Assembly: GCA_049599475.1 (NCBI GenBank)
Contig: JBMYOQ010000037.1
Coordinates: forward strand, 1-38,701
DNA: 38,701 nt
Origin: Opitutales bacterium
GTDB lineage: Bacteria; Verrucomicrobiota; Verrucomicrobiia; Opitutales; JABSRG01
Reading direction: 5' to 3'
Positions 28,517-38,385 of this stretch are shown one piece after another (positions within the stretch are counted from its first letter, which is position 1; every line of letters begins with the position of its first letter). Both the position numbers and the translations under genes were made by a program. The notes beneath the pieces were generated by a model, which was not told the DNA's origin, made no database searches, and worked only from the letters and a program-made list of their open reading frames with translations.

Positions 28517-29932
28517 ATGCGTCTTAAAAATCCCTCCCTACTCGCGCTCATTTTGTCGTGTACGTTGTCAGCGTCTTCGCTGGCCGGTGCCACACAAATG
28601 AACGTCCTTCTCATCGCAATTGACGACCTGAACACGTGGCTTCTCGAGGATGAGAACCGCTATGCCGGAAAAGTCATTGCTCCCAATATTCGTCGATTGG
28701 CGGATAGCGGTGTCCTCTTCAAACGCGCCTACACACCGAGCCCAGTCTGCTCGCCTTCTCGAACCGCGACTTTCTCGGGTGTAGCCCCATGGAACTCGGG
28801 ACATTATCACAATGCTCTTCAAGTTAAGAAAAGCGACGCCCTGAACAATGCCACCGCCCTGCACGGTCTGTTCAAGAAAGCAGGCTATTTTACCGGAGGA
28901 AATGGCAAGATCACGCATGGATGGGACCAAAAAGAATACTGGGATGGCGGACTCGGACATACGCGTGACCCAGCTCCTCCGGGAGCTCCGCTCACTAAAA
29001 CTGGTCGCGGAGAACAGGATTGGGGACCCACTCATCTTAAGGAATCTGAAATGCGCGACACGCAAATCGCGGATATGGCGATTAAGCAACTGCAGATGGA
29101 GCACACATCGCCCTTCTACATTACCTGCGGGCTATTCCATCCTCATATGCCTTGGTATGTCCCCCAGAAATACTTCGACATGTTTCCTCTTGAGGAAGTC
29201 GCGCTGCCGCCATACTTGGAGAACGACCTTGATGATGTGCCTCCTTCAGCAAAATTGCTTACAAAGGGGAAGAGCAACTACGTAAAGTCAGTAAAGGGTG
29301 CTGGGCTCTATCGTGAAGGAATTCGTGCTTATTTAGCAACTACAGCGTATGCCGATTTTCATGTCGGGCGTGTTCTAGATGCGCTCGAAGCCAGTCCATA
29401 TCGTGACAATACAATCGTCGTTTTAATGAGCGACCACGGTTGGCATTTGGGTGAAAAAGATCATTGGCAAAAGGCCACGTTGTGGGAAGAAGGTACCCAC
29501 TGCTTACTTACAATTCGTGTTCCGGGTGTGACGGCGCCCGGAGGAGTCAGTCAGCGTTTCGTCTCGCTACAAGATCTATACCCCACACTTACCGAACTTG
29601 CGGGCCTTGATAAACCAGATTATGTCGATGGCAGATCTTTGGTCCCATTGCTAAAGGACCCATCGGCGGCTTGGTCGAGCACGGCGGTGAGCGCACTTAC
29701 AAATAAAAGAAAACCTGAGTATCCGTTTCTTTCCATACGTGCAGAGGGATTCCGATATACACATTACAAAGATGGAGAAGAAGAGCTTTACGATTACGCA
29801 AAAGACCCTCACGGATGGAATAATGTTGTAGGGAATCCCGAATACGCGGAGACAATCAAAAAGTTGAAAGCACTCCTTCCCGCTCCCGAAGATCGGATAC
29901 AGCCATTGCCAAGTGGTCTGAATAAAAAATAA
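28517..29932 (+). CDS. Formylglycine-dependent S1 sulfatase (iduronate-2-sulfatase-like), secreted
   Basis: Signal peptide; IAIDDL, CSPSR, GKITH, HPHMP and [15 protein letters not shown]. Confidence 0.93.
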   Translation: MRLKNPSLLALILSCTLSASSLAGATQMNVLLIAIDDLNTWLLEDENRYAGKVIAPNIRRLADSGVLFKRAYTPSPVCSPSRTATFSGVAPWNSGHYHNALQVKKSDALNNATALHGLFKKAGYFTGGNGKITHGWDQKEYWDGGLGHTRDPAPPGAPLTKTGRGEQDWGPTHLKESEMRDTQIADMAIKQLQMEHTSPFYITCGLFHPHMPWYVPQKYFDMFPLEEVALPPYLENDLDDVPPSAKLLTKGKSNYVKSVKGAGLYREGIRAYLATTAYADFHVGRVLDALEASPYRDNTIVVLMSDHGWHLGEKDHWQKATLWEEGTHCLLTIRVPGVTAPGGVSQRFVSLQDLYPTLTELAGLDKPDYVDGRSLVPLLKDPSAAWSSTAVSALTNKRKPEYPFLSIRAEGFRYTHYKDGEEELYDYAKDPHGWNNVVGNPEYAETIKKLKALLPAPEDRIQPLPSGLNKK

Positions 29933-29982
29933 GATACCTTCGCAGATTTTATCTTTTTAATTCGGATCACATCGAAATCGAA

Positions 29983-31581
29983 CTACTCCGTAAATTCTCC
30001 GAATGGGCGGTTTTCGAAACGGGCTAATTCCCTAGATAAAAAGCGCTTCATGCGCTCCGCGACTTCCGGGTTTTGTAAGTAAATATTATCGTTTTCCTCT
30101 GGATCATTTTTGAGATTATACAACTGATCTGTATCGAAATAGTTGGGATTCTTTTGAGCGGCATGATAACCCAAATGTGAGTTTCGCGTCAGATATGGGC
30201 GCTCTACTTTTTCGCCCTTCCAACCATTGAAAAGTTCTCCGGCATCTAGGCGTTTCTGTATTTCTTCGGGATACCGGACTGCGATATATTTCCAATCTTT
30301 GGTTTTTACCGCTCTGGAGTGTCCCAGCTCGCCAAAGAGAACATCCCGTATCGGGCGTGTATCTCCAAATATTGCGTTTTTGAATGTGAGGCCGTCGATG
30401 TCGTAGTCTGGAGACGGCTGTATTCCGCAAATATCGAGAATAGTTGGGGCTATATCGATATTTGCAACAATCTCATCATATACTGTCCCCTGTTTGATTT
30501 TCCCAGGCCAACGCATAAGCATGGGAACGCGCATCCCATAGTCATGAAGCGTAGCCTTTGCGGATCGATATGATCCGTGGTCAGGGACGAAGATTACGAG
30601 GGTCTCACGATCCAGCCCCAGGTCCTTCACTTTGTCTAGAATAGCCCCTACCCCGTCATCTAGCCATAAGGCGTAGGCATCGCGATTGCGAAACCCGGCA
30701 GCTCTATTTCTACGCAGGACATCTGCACGTGGAGGCATTACATCGAAGCCTTCCTCAATGAAGCCCTCAGGGGTCATCCGTGGATCAGCATCGAGTGAAA
30801 ACTTATTGATCCACGGCGCGGGTCCGTGATGAAGGGTTGTCGAGAAGTAGAGGAAAAACGGGTCGTTTTGGTAGGTATCAAGGAAATTAAAGGCCTTAGA
30901 AACAGTCCATTCCAGGTTGTGCACTCGGAGGGCCTCGTTGAAAATTTCTCGGAGATTCGCAGCGTAATATCCATCTACAAAATCGAAGCCGTAAGCCTTC
31001 ATAGCTTCGCACCATTTCTCGTGGTTGCGTTTAAGCATAGCACTCACTTCGGGGTCTCTCGGATCCGCATCCATCGGGTAGATTTCAAAGCCCGCTTTCT
31101 CCCATTTTCCAACATGGCTACCTCCTCCTTCGGAAACCCATTCATGATTGATCAAATGGCTTTTGCCCACAAAGCCTGTTTTGTAGCCTCCATAACGTAA
31201 AGCCCGGGCAAGATTCCAGCGGTCCATCTCCAATTCACCTAAATTCTCGATCTGAGTTTGATCACCAGGAGGGTGCTCGCGCATGAAACGTTCCCCTGTG
31301 CCATTTCCCGCAAAACGTCCTGTCATGAAGCTGTAGCGCGAGGGCGAACACACGGTCGACGTTATGTTAAAGTCGGTGAAATGCATGCCTTCCGCGGCCA
31401 TGCGATCCAGACGAGGCGTATAGACCTTACCACCCGCAAATCCCAAGCTGTCAAAGCTTTGGTCGTCCGTTATAATTAAGATCACATTCGGGCGTTGGTC
31501 GGCAAGTAGCTGACCGTCTGCGCCGAGTGTAATCAAAAGGGAAATTTGAAGTAGTTTTCTTAAAGAGCAATGAAGCATCAT
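29983..31581 (-). CDS. Formylglycine-dependent S1 sulfatase, secreted
   Basis: RPNVILIITDDQ, CSPSR..MTGR, GKSH, PDHG and LYNL..DP.E. Confidence 0.93.
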   Translation of the reverse strand: MMLHCSLRKLLQISLLITLGADGQLLADQRPNVILIITDDQSFDSLGFAGGKVYTPRLDRMAAEGMHFTDFNITSTVCSPSRYSFMTGRFAGNGTGERFMREHPPGDQTQIENLGELEMDRWNLARALRYGGYKTGFVGKSHLINHEWVSEGGGSHVGKWEKAGFEIYPMDADPRDPEVSAMLKRNHEKWCEAMKAYGFDFVDGYYAANLREIFNEALRVHNLEWTVSKAFNFLDTYQNDPFFLYFSTTLHHGPAPWINKFSLDADPRMTPEGFIEEGFDVMPPRADVLRRNRAAGFRNRDAYALWLDDGVGAILDKVKDLGLDRETLVIFVPDHGSYRSAKATLHDYGMRVPMLMRWPGKIKQGTVYDEIVANIDIAPTILDICGIQPSPDYDIDGLTFKNAIFGDTRPIRDVLFGELGHSRAVKTKDWKYIAVRYPEEIQKRLDAGELFNGWKGEKVERPYLTRNSHLGYHAAQKNPNYFDTDQLYNLKNDPEENDNIYLQNPEVAERMKRFLSRELARFENRPFGEFTE

Positions 31582-31718
31582 TGTAATCGGAGGGGCTAAT
31601 GTTGCATGCAGACTTACTAAAAATCAGAGCCACGCCTGAAAGTCTGCGGGTCCGAGGCGTTCTCAAGATCACCTCTTATTCACCCCATTACGCTACACAG
31701 TTTAAAAACCCGCCCAAG

Positions 31719-31759
31719 AAAAAGCCGCGACACCCCGGTGAATGAGGAGTGTCGCGGCT
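31719..31759 (-). terminator. Intrinsic terminator after the Gfo/Idh/MocA gene
   Basis: 11-bp stem AGCCGCGACAC/GTGTCGCGGCT with an A-run on the left (U-tail on the minus strand), 20 nt after the stop codon. Confidence 0.75.
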
Positions 31760-31779
31760 CTAATGCTAAATGACTGTGC

Positions 31780-33138
31780 TTAAATAAGGCCTTCGCCGAA
31801 TTCCCACCCCTTCCGGACGGGATCTTTGATATACTGGTTGAGCGATGGATCACTGAATGTCATCGACTTTGGATCATACTCTACGGTCTTTTGGGAACGT
31901 ATCGCAATGGTGCCCAAAATCACTGTTTCTGTGAGAGGAACAGCGTAGTCGAAATTAGATCCGCACTTATCAATCTCTCCACGGATTTCGCCGATTACTT
32001 CCCGAACGGGTCCACCGATTGCGCGCGGAATTGTCTTCTCTGGAAGATTACGACGTAGTTCCATCCAATCCTTCGTCAGGCGCGGGCTTGTCGGCCGCAT
32101 ACCTGGTGAGAAAATGGTGTTTTTGTCACCAATCATGAAGCAACCGCCCTTGCTGTAGTTCTTCGAGTTCTTCTTCGGATCACCAAGTTCCGCAGGAAGC
32201 TTTGGCATATGTCCACCTTCATACCAGTAAACCGTGACCGGCGGTTGTGTAGCGGTGCCTTCAAATTCGTAAACGTAGGTCGCCGCTTCTGGTTTTTTCT
32301 TCATACCATAGTCTGCGCTATGATCGAGATCTGACATGTAGACCTTGCTTGGGTAGCCGAGCCCCATTGCATACTTAGGAATATCCAGGGTATGGCAGCC
32401 GATATCGCCGAGACCCCCGAGACCGAATTCCCAATACCAGCGCCAGCCTCTTGGGCAATATGTGGAATTGTAATCGCGGAATTCCGCAGGGCCTAGCCAC
32501 AGGTCCCAATCGACATTGCTAGGGATCGGTTCTGCTGCTGGGCGACTCTTAGCGTTGGTAGTATTCTTAGTTGTGCGCCCAGTCCATGCGTGGACTTCGC
32601 GGACAGTGCCCAGCAACCCGGCCTCATACCATTCGCGAATGTAACGCATTCCTTCCATAGTATGACCTTGGTTGCCCATCACGGTCGCGACGTTGAACTT
32701 GTGTGCCGCAGCCTGAAGTGTTCGTGCTTGCCAGATGTCGTGTGTGAGCGGTTTCTGGGTTTGCACTGCGATACCTCGCTCCATTGCCATGTAAGTGGCT
32801 GGAAAGTGGGTGTGATCAGGCGTGCTAACAATAACGAGATCGAGCTCTTTATAATGAGCATCGATCATCTTTCGGAAGTCCTTGTAGCGGCGGGCATTGG
32901 GGAATGTTTCGAATCCCGGCGCGCCTTGCACATCGTCCACTTCTGCGATCGCAATGACATTGTGCTGTCTGCAGTCTTTGAAGGCTGTCTTCGCGATCCC
33001 GCCACTGCCGACGAGTCCGATATTTACTTTAGAATTCGCTGATAAACCGGGTCTTCCGATCGCGAATGGTGACACTAGAAGGGACCCACCAAGGGCCGCG
33101 CTCGCTTTGAGGTAATCTCTGCGTGAGAACACGTTCAT
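31780..33138 (-). CDS. Tat-exported Gfo/Idh/MocA family NAD-dependent oxidoreductase
   Basis: SRRDYLK Tat motif; VGSGG, STPDHTH, QKPLTH, WDLWLGPA, WRWYWEFG.GGLGDIGCH. Confidence 0.92.
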   Translation of the reverse strand: MNVFSRRDYLKASAALGGSLLVSPFAIGRPGLSANSKVNIGLVGSGGIAKTAFKDCRQHNVIAIAEVDDVQGAPGFETFPNARRYKDFRKMIDAHYKELDLVIVSTPDHTHFPATYMAMERGIAVQTQKPLTHDIWQARTLQAAAHKFNVATVMGNQGHTMEGMRYIREWYEAGLLGTVREVHAWTGRTTKNTTNAKSRPAAEPIPSNVDWDLWLGPAEFRDYNSTYCPRGWRWYWEFGLGGLGDIGCHTLDIPKYAMGLGYPSKVYMSDLDHSADYGMKKKPEAATYVYEFEGTATQPPVTVYWYEGGHMPKLPAELGDPKKNSKNYSKGGCFMIGDKNTIFSPGMRPTSPRLTKDWMELRRNLPEKTIPRAIGGPVREVIGEIRGEIDKCGSNFDYAVPLTETVILGTIAIRSQKTVEYDPKSMTFSDPSLNQYIKDPVRKGWEFGEGLI

Positions 33139-33208
33139 GATTTTGACTGTTGAGGGAGAATAAGTGTGGTGTTGATTAAACGATTCCTCTGTTAATACAT
33201 AGTCAACG

Positions 33209-34189
33209 CTAGCGCAACCGAATAAGTTTCAGCAGCGTTTCAAAGTCGTCAGCATACTGCGAACATAACCCCCGAGTTCCAGAGCCATCAATATTGCCGC
33301 CTCCGATGCCCCAGGCCTGCATCCCAGCCAAACGAATCGAGGCTACCCCCGCACCACTATCTTCGATTCCGATAGCGGCATTACGATCCTCATAGCTCAA
33401 GCCGAGGCCCACGCGCAAGGTTTCAGCATAGAGCCACGGGTGCGGCTTTGGCGAGAGTTCACCGAGCGTTCCAGGCTCACCCTTTCTCAGAGCGAAACCA
33501 GCGGTAATGATGGCATCGTAAAACTCCTTCGGATCCCCCATGTCGAGAGTTTTGAAAGCATCCAGAATTTCAGGGAATGCCTTTTCGTAGAGCCCTGAAG
33601 TGACCAAACCAATCTTTAGACCCAGGTTTTTCAGTTCCAAGAGAAAGTCTTTGATTCCCGGTGAAGGTCGAAACGCACCTGGCTTTCCTTTACCTTCAAG
33701 AATCAGCTGCATCTCACGGTGAGTATGCTCAAAATAGTAACGACGTGCATCCTCCAGGGACGCATCTGGGCAATACTTGTTAATGCAATACTTGAGGTGC
33801 TCGGAGACCGAGTGACCTGATACGAATGGGATATCTGCCTCCTCGAGCTCGAATTTGGAATTCCCTAAAAGGCTCGCAGTGCTCATTTGAATGATCCAAA
33901 TCCAAAACTCTTCGCTATGAACGGTTGTGCCATCAAGGTCCATGAGGACCGCTTTCAAAGGTTTTTCGTCATCGATCGGATCAATCGGGTAATACGCTGG
34001 ATAGCCCATTGCTGAGGTTACGAGGGACATGGAGTGATCCTCGAAACCAATAAATTCAACTTTTCCGTCTGCTGTTTTGGCGACGGATTGCACTCCGCTT
34101 TTGCCCGATACAAATCGGCGATCACTTGTCGTTTCGATTTCAACCAGGCCTAGAGCCTCTGGGGATTCTCCTAGATTTGGGAATTTCAT
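33209..34189 (-). CDS. HAD-superfamily phosphatase (beta-PGM-like cap) with an N-terminal extension
   Basis: Motif I MDLDGT, motif II LVTSG, KPHP and IEDS.AG. Confidence 0.88.
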   Translation of the reverse strand: MKFPNLGESPEALGLVEIETTSDRRFVSGKSGVQSVAKTADGKVEFIGFEDHSMSLVTSAMGYPAYYPIDPIDDEKPLKAVLMDLDGTTVHSEEFWIWIIQMSTASLLGNSKFELEEADIPFVSGHSVSEHLKYCINKYCPDASLEDARRYYFEHTHREMQLILEGKGKPGAFRPSPGIKDFLLELKNLGLKIGLVTSGLYEKAFPEILDAFKTLDMGDPKEFYDAIITAGFALRKGEPGTLGELSPKPHPWLYAETLRVGLGLSYEDRNAAIGIEDSGAGVASIRLAGMQAWGIGGGNIDGSGTRGLCSQYADDFETLLKLIRLR

Positions 34190-34376
34190 AAGTGTTTATT
34201 TTTTAGGGTTTTAGGAAAAATTATTCAGAAACATCATCCGCAACCGATGGATGCTTTTGAGACTATAATAGGCTTCAAACATGTTCATCGGACGGATCAA
34301 AGCTTCGGAAAATGATTTTAAATTATCACGGATTCTTTTTTCACCCCTGCGTAATCAAGGGATGCTTAGAGCTTGC

Positions 34377-34396
34377 CATGGTGAAACGTTTACGCA
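34377..34396. promoter_or_regulatory. Putative LacI/GalR-family operator in the HAD / GH38 divergent region
   Basis: CATGGTGAAACGTTTACGCA; the 16 bp at 34381-34396 are identical to 28468-28483. Confidence 0.7.
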
Positions 34397-34451
34397 ATCT
34401 TTAAGATAAATCCATTAACCCTTTTTTTACCACACAATCTATCTGTCACCT

Positions 34452-37259
34452 ATGAATAACAAAAAGACCGCTATAGTAGTTGCACACACCCATTGGGACC
34501 GCGAATGGCGTTATCCTATTTGGAAAAACCGTTCTTTGCTAATCGAATTCATGGATTGGCTACTCGATATCCTCGAGAATGATCCGAGCTACAAAGGCTT
34601 TCTGCTCGATGGTCAGACAGTCTGTATTGATGACTATCTCGAAATGAAGCCAGAGGCCAAAGAGCGCATTGCCGCTCAGGTAAAAGCGGGTAAACTCGCA
34701 GTCGGCCCTTGGTACACCCTCCCCGATCTTTTCCCAATCGCGGGTGAATGTCTCGTTCGCAATCTTAATAAGGGAATGCGTTTCGCGGAAGAGCTTGGTG
34801 GCTACAACCCAATTGCATATCACACTTTCGGTTGGGGACAGACTGCTCAATTTCCGCAGATGTATCAAAGCCTCGGGATCAACTATGCCGTCGCAGCAAA
34901 GAAGGTATCCAAGGAACGTGCACCACATTGTGAATTCATGTGGACAGCGCCTGATGGCTCGCAGCTCCTCACTTCGCGTCTCGGCCACTTCACGCGTCAA
35001 AACGGATACTTTTACCTCCACTTCCCAGTCCGTCTAAACAACATCTACGACGACAACCAATACGCTTGGGAATGGGGCGAAACTGGTATCGCTTACCACC
35101 GCGCAGATGCTGATATCGCGCGCAACGACTATTTCCGCGTCGACCATGAAGACGGGTATTTTAAGGAAAACGTAAAGGATGCTGCCCAGCGCACTTGGGA
35201 CAATATGGATGATACGCTCGTCGACGACTGGCGTCTCCTGATGTGCGGGTGTGACTTCTCTACGCCCAACCCTTACCTGCCAAAAATGGTTGCGGACTCG
35301 AACGAAGCCATCGAGGACATCGAGTTTAAAATGGGTACCCTCGAAGAATATTTCGAAGGATTGGTTGAGCGTCTCGATGTGAGCAAGGTCCCGGTAGTTG
35401 ACGGGGAGCTTCGCGACGGCGAGCCTTGCGGGGCATCCGCAAACGCGCTGGCCACCCGCATTCACATTAAGCAGCTTAATAAGAAAGCTGAGAATGTGAT
35501 GATCCGTCGCAGCGAGCCTTTTGCGGCAGCATTGAATGCGCTCGGCATGGGTTACTCTGAAGGCTTTTTTAAACGTGGATGGCAGTATTTCCTAAAATCA
35601 CACCCGCACGATTCAATTAATGGTGTAACTCAAGATAAGACCGTTGATGACAATATTTATCGCATCAACCAAGTTATCGAAATCGGTGAAACCATCTATG
35701 AAGATAGCATCGCTAGCCTGATCAAAAAGCTAGATCTCTCAGGCTTTGCTAAGGACGATCAGTTGCTCCTTCTGCACAACCCGCAGCAACGACCCGTCAG
35801 TGAAGTAATAAAGATCGTTGTCGATACACCTCAGGAAAAGAATGTCTGGGCTATCGGAGTCGAAGAGGCCGATGGCACTCCATTAGCGGTTCAAACCATT
35901 TCACGGGACGCGCACAAACAACCAGTTCACGATATCGAAGCGCGCCCTTGGCCGTTCAACGTAGACCGCCATTTTGTTTACCTGGAAACAGGTGAAATCC
36001 CTGCGGGCGGATACAAGGTGGTCAAGGTGACCCACGAATCCGAGTTCTGGCGCGAAGAAGAATGGTGGCCAGCCATGCGTAAGAGCAAGGGCGGCTATAT
36101 CGGCCAAGGCACCCAACAGCTTGAGAATGAGTTCCTCAAAGTCGTGGTGAATGCTGACGGCACCTTCGACCTGACAGACAAGACCAACGGCCGTGTCATT
36201 AAGGAAATGCACGCGTTCGAAGACGAAGGAGATACCGGGGACTACTGGGCTTATTTCCCACCTTATGGCAATCAGACCATCAGTAGCCGCGGCTTCAACT
36301 CCCGCATTTGGATGGAAGACAATGGTCAACTTAGCGCAACCATCGGTATAGAGACCGTCATGAAGATCCCTGCGAAGGCGGAATATGGTGAAGTTAAGCA
36401 CCAGGGATACGGAAAGCGCAGTGCTGATCTCGTCGAAATGAAGATCGTCTCACACATTACCCTGAACCAGGGCTGCAAGCACCTTAAGGTAAAGACGTCT
36501 ATCGACAACCAAGCAAAGGATCACCGCGTGCGGGTGATGATTCCAACCGATATCGAGACTGAATTCTCCGATGCATCCGGTCACTTCACGGTAGACCGCC
36601 GTGGCGCAGTTCACGATAAGGATTCAGATGGCAAGTTCTATCCAGAAATGGCTCTGCGCCCTATGGCTGAGTTCTGTTCTGCTAGCGATGGCGAAAAAGG
36701 TGTTTCCGTCCTTAACAACTGCCTCACCGAGTTCCAGTTGCTCGAAGACGATCGTGGAACACTAGCCCTCACTCTTCTCCGTGCAATCCGCAACCGGATT
36801 TGCACCGAATCCCGCGTTTCTTCTGAGTTCCCAGAAGCACTCGGCAGCCAGATGCTCCAGAAGGTAGATTACGAATACGCGATCTACCCGCACAAGGGCG
36901 ACTGGGTCGAAGGCAAGGTGTTCGCCGAAGCGGACAAACTGAACGCAAAGGTGGCTCCGACACAGATCTCGAATAACAAGGGCGGTGATCTCCCAATCAG
37001 CGCTTCCTATTACGCGATCGACAACGATGCGGTTGTGATGACTGCTTTCAAAAAGGCTGAAGACCGTGACTCCACAATCCTTCGCCTACACAATCCAACC
37101 GGCGAAGAGCAGGAAATCACCCTCAGCTCGGGGCTCCCCTTCAAGCAGGCATGGGAAGTCAATCTGAAGGAAATTCGCGGCGAAGAACTCGCTTTCAAAG
37201 ACGGCTCCGTTACTTTGAAAGTTGGTAAATCGAAGATTGTAACGATCGAACTTCAGTAA
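34452..37259 (+). CDS. Cytoplasmic GH38-like alpha-mannosidase (MngB-like), catalytic nucleophile apparently substituted
   Basis: HTHWDREW, LDGQ, GPWY..PD, GE.LVRNL, GCD, HDSING and LTLLRA; no signal peptide. The nucleophile position reads AYHTFGWG. Confidence 0.88.
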   Translation: MNNKKTAIVVAHTHWDREWRYPIWKNRSLLIEFMDWLLDILENDPSYKGFLLDGQTVCIDDYLEMKPEAKERIAAQVKAGKLAVGPWYTLPDLFPIAGECLVRNLNKGMRFAEELGGYNPIAYHTFGWGQTAQFPQMYQSLGINYAVAAKKVSKERAPHCEFMWTAPDGSQLLTSRLGHFTRQNGYFYLHFPVRLNNIYDDNQYAWEWGETGIAYHRADADIARNDYFRVDHEDGYFKENVKDAAQRTWDNMDDTLVDDWRLLMCGCDFSTPNPYLPKMVADSNEAIEDIEFKMGTLEEYFEGLVERLDVSKVPVVDGELRDGEPCGASANALATRIHIKQLNKKAENVMIRRSEPFAAALNALGMGYSEGFFKRGWQYFLKSHPHDSINGVTQDKTVDDNIYRINQVIEIGETIYEDSIASLIKKLDLSGFAKDDQLLLLHNPQQRPVSEVIKIVVDTPQEKNVWAIGVEEADGTPLAVQTISRDAHKQPVHDIEARPWPFNVDRHFVYLETGEIPAGGYKVVKVTHESEFWREEEWWPAMRKSKGGYIGQGTQQLENEFLKVVVNADGTFDLTDKTNGRVIKEMHAFEDEGDTGDYWAYFPPYGNQTISSRGFNSRIWMEDNGQLSATIGIETVMKIPAKAEYGEVKHQGYGKRSADLVEMKIVSHITLNQGCKHLKVKTSIDNQAKDHRVRVMIPTDIETEFSDASGHFTVDRRGAVHDKDSDGKFYPEMALRPMAEFCSASDGEKGVSVLNNCLTEFQLLEDDRGTLALTLLRAIRNRICTESRVSSEFPEALGSQMLQKVDYEYAIYPHKGDWVEGKVFAEADKLNAKVAPTQISNNKGGDLPISASYYAIDNDAVVMTAFKKAEDRDSTILRLHNPTGEEQEITLSSGLPFKQAWEVNLKEIRGEELAFKDGSVTLKVGKSKIVTIELQ

Positions 37260-37268
37260 TTTATACCT

Positions 37269-37307
37269 AAGTCCTCGCCATCATGTTTCTGGCGGGGACT
37301 TTTTTTT
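37269..37307 (+). terminator. Intrinsic terminator-like hairpin between the GH38 gene and manA
   Basis: Stem AAGTCCTCGCCA/TGGCGGGGACTT followed by a T-run. Confidence 0.75.
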
Positions 37308-37310
37308 ACT

Positions 37311-38240
37311 ATGAAACACATCTTATTTTCCCCCATTTACCAAGAGCGCGTCTGGGGCGGCACCAACTTCGAATCGAAGCTTGGCCGCAGCCTACCAGAA
37401 GGAAAAGTCATCGGCGAAAGCTGGGAAATGGTCGATCGACCCGAAGCTCAGTCCACGACTGCCGACGGCAAAACCATTCGCGAGCTTATCTCTGGAGATC
37501 CAGAAGGCATTATGGGCGCTGGTTACGATGCGAATAAGCCTTTTCCCATCCTCGTGAAGTGGTTGGATTGCCAAGAGAAGCTGTCCTTACAGGTGCACCC
37601 ACCCGCGGATATCGCTCCGAGCCTAAACGGAGAACCCAAAACAGAAAATTGGTATATCGCCGACGCTGAGCCTAACGCCACACTTATGGCCGGGCTTAAA
37701 AACGGAGTCACCAAGGCTGATTTCGAGGAAGGTCTCAAGGCAAACGCTCTCGAGCCTCTAGTGCACACAATGTCAGTGAAGGCAGGAGAGTCCATTTTCA
37801 TCCCGAGCGGACGCATCCACGCTATCGGCGGAGGCAATCTCATCCTAGAGATTCAGCAAAACTCTGATACAACCTATCGTGTATATGACTGGGGGCGCGT
37901 CGGCCTCGACGGCAAACCACGCCAGCTCCATATCGATGAGTCTCTAAAGAGTTCCGACTTCAATGATTTTGAGCCCGGAACATTGAAGCCCAGCGGCGCG
38001 ACTCAAATTCTTGCCGAGAGCGATGTATTCGATCTCAAGAAGATCGTCCTAAAAGCAGGCGAAACGCTCGAATTCGAAGCCGGTCAAGCACGCATCCTAA
38101 GCGTAGTAAACGGTAGCATCGAAGAAAGTGCAGGCGGCACGCTTACACGCGGAGATAACGCCCTACTCCCTGCGAAAGAAGCTTTGAGCTACACTGTCAC
38201 CGAAGATTGCGAACTCTTACTAACAGAGAACTTCGCATAA
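37311..38240 (+). CDS. manA: Mannose-6-phosphate isomerase, class I
   Basis: RVWGG, IGESWE, FPILVK.LD...LSLQVHP, KTENWY, G.IHAIG and EIQQNSDTTYRVYDW. Confidence 0.95.
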   Translation: MKHILFSPIYQERVWGGTNFESKLGRSLPEGKVIGESWEMVDRPEAQSTTADGKTIRELISGDPEGIMGAGYDANKPFPILVKWLDCQEKLSLQVHPPADIAPSLNGEPKTENWYIADAEPNATLMAGLKNGVTKADFEEGLKANALEPLVHTMSVKAGESIFIPSGRIHAIGGGNLILEIQQNSDTTYRVYDWGRVGLDGKPRQLHIDESLKSSDFNDFEPGTLKPSGATQILAESDVFDLKKIVLKAGETLEFEAGQARILSVVNGSIEESAGGTLTRGDNALLPAKEALSYTVTEDCELLLTENFA

Positions 38241-38264
38241 TTTTGGGATTATTTTCAATTGATC

Positions 38265-38299
38265 AGCCCTGGGATGCACAGAGCACCTGGGGCTTTTTT
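38265..38299 (+). terminator. Intrinsic terminator after manA
   Basis: Stem AGCCCTGGG..TGC/GCACCTGGGGCT followed by a T-run. Confidence 0.75.
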
Positions 38300-38385
38300 G
38301 TCTCTAATATCGGAGAGTTGCGTTTAGCCCTACTCCATTAATTGGTTTGGAATGACAATCAAGAGTTCACCTAGCTCATAAAAGG

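Noticed and set aside
31608..31647. Inverted repeat GCAGACTT/AAGTCTGC upstream of the second sulfatase
   Set aside because: The 8-bp arms with a 24-nt spacer occur once and could arise by chance.
33175..33188. Third LacI-like site ATTAAACGATTCCT upstream of the Gfo/Idh/MocA gene
   Set aside because: Only the AAACG.TT core matches the two strong sites; this is too weak to call without a motif model.
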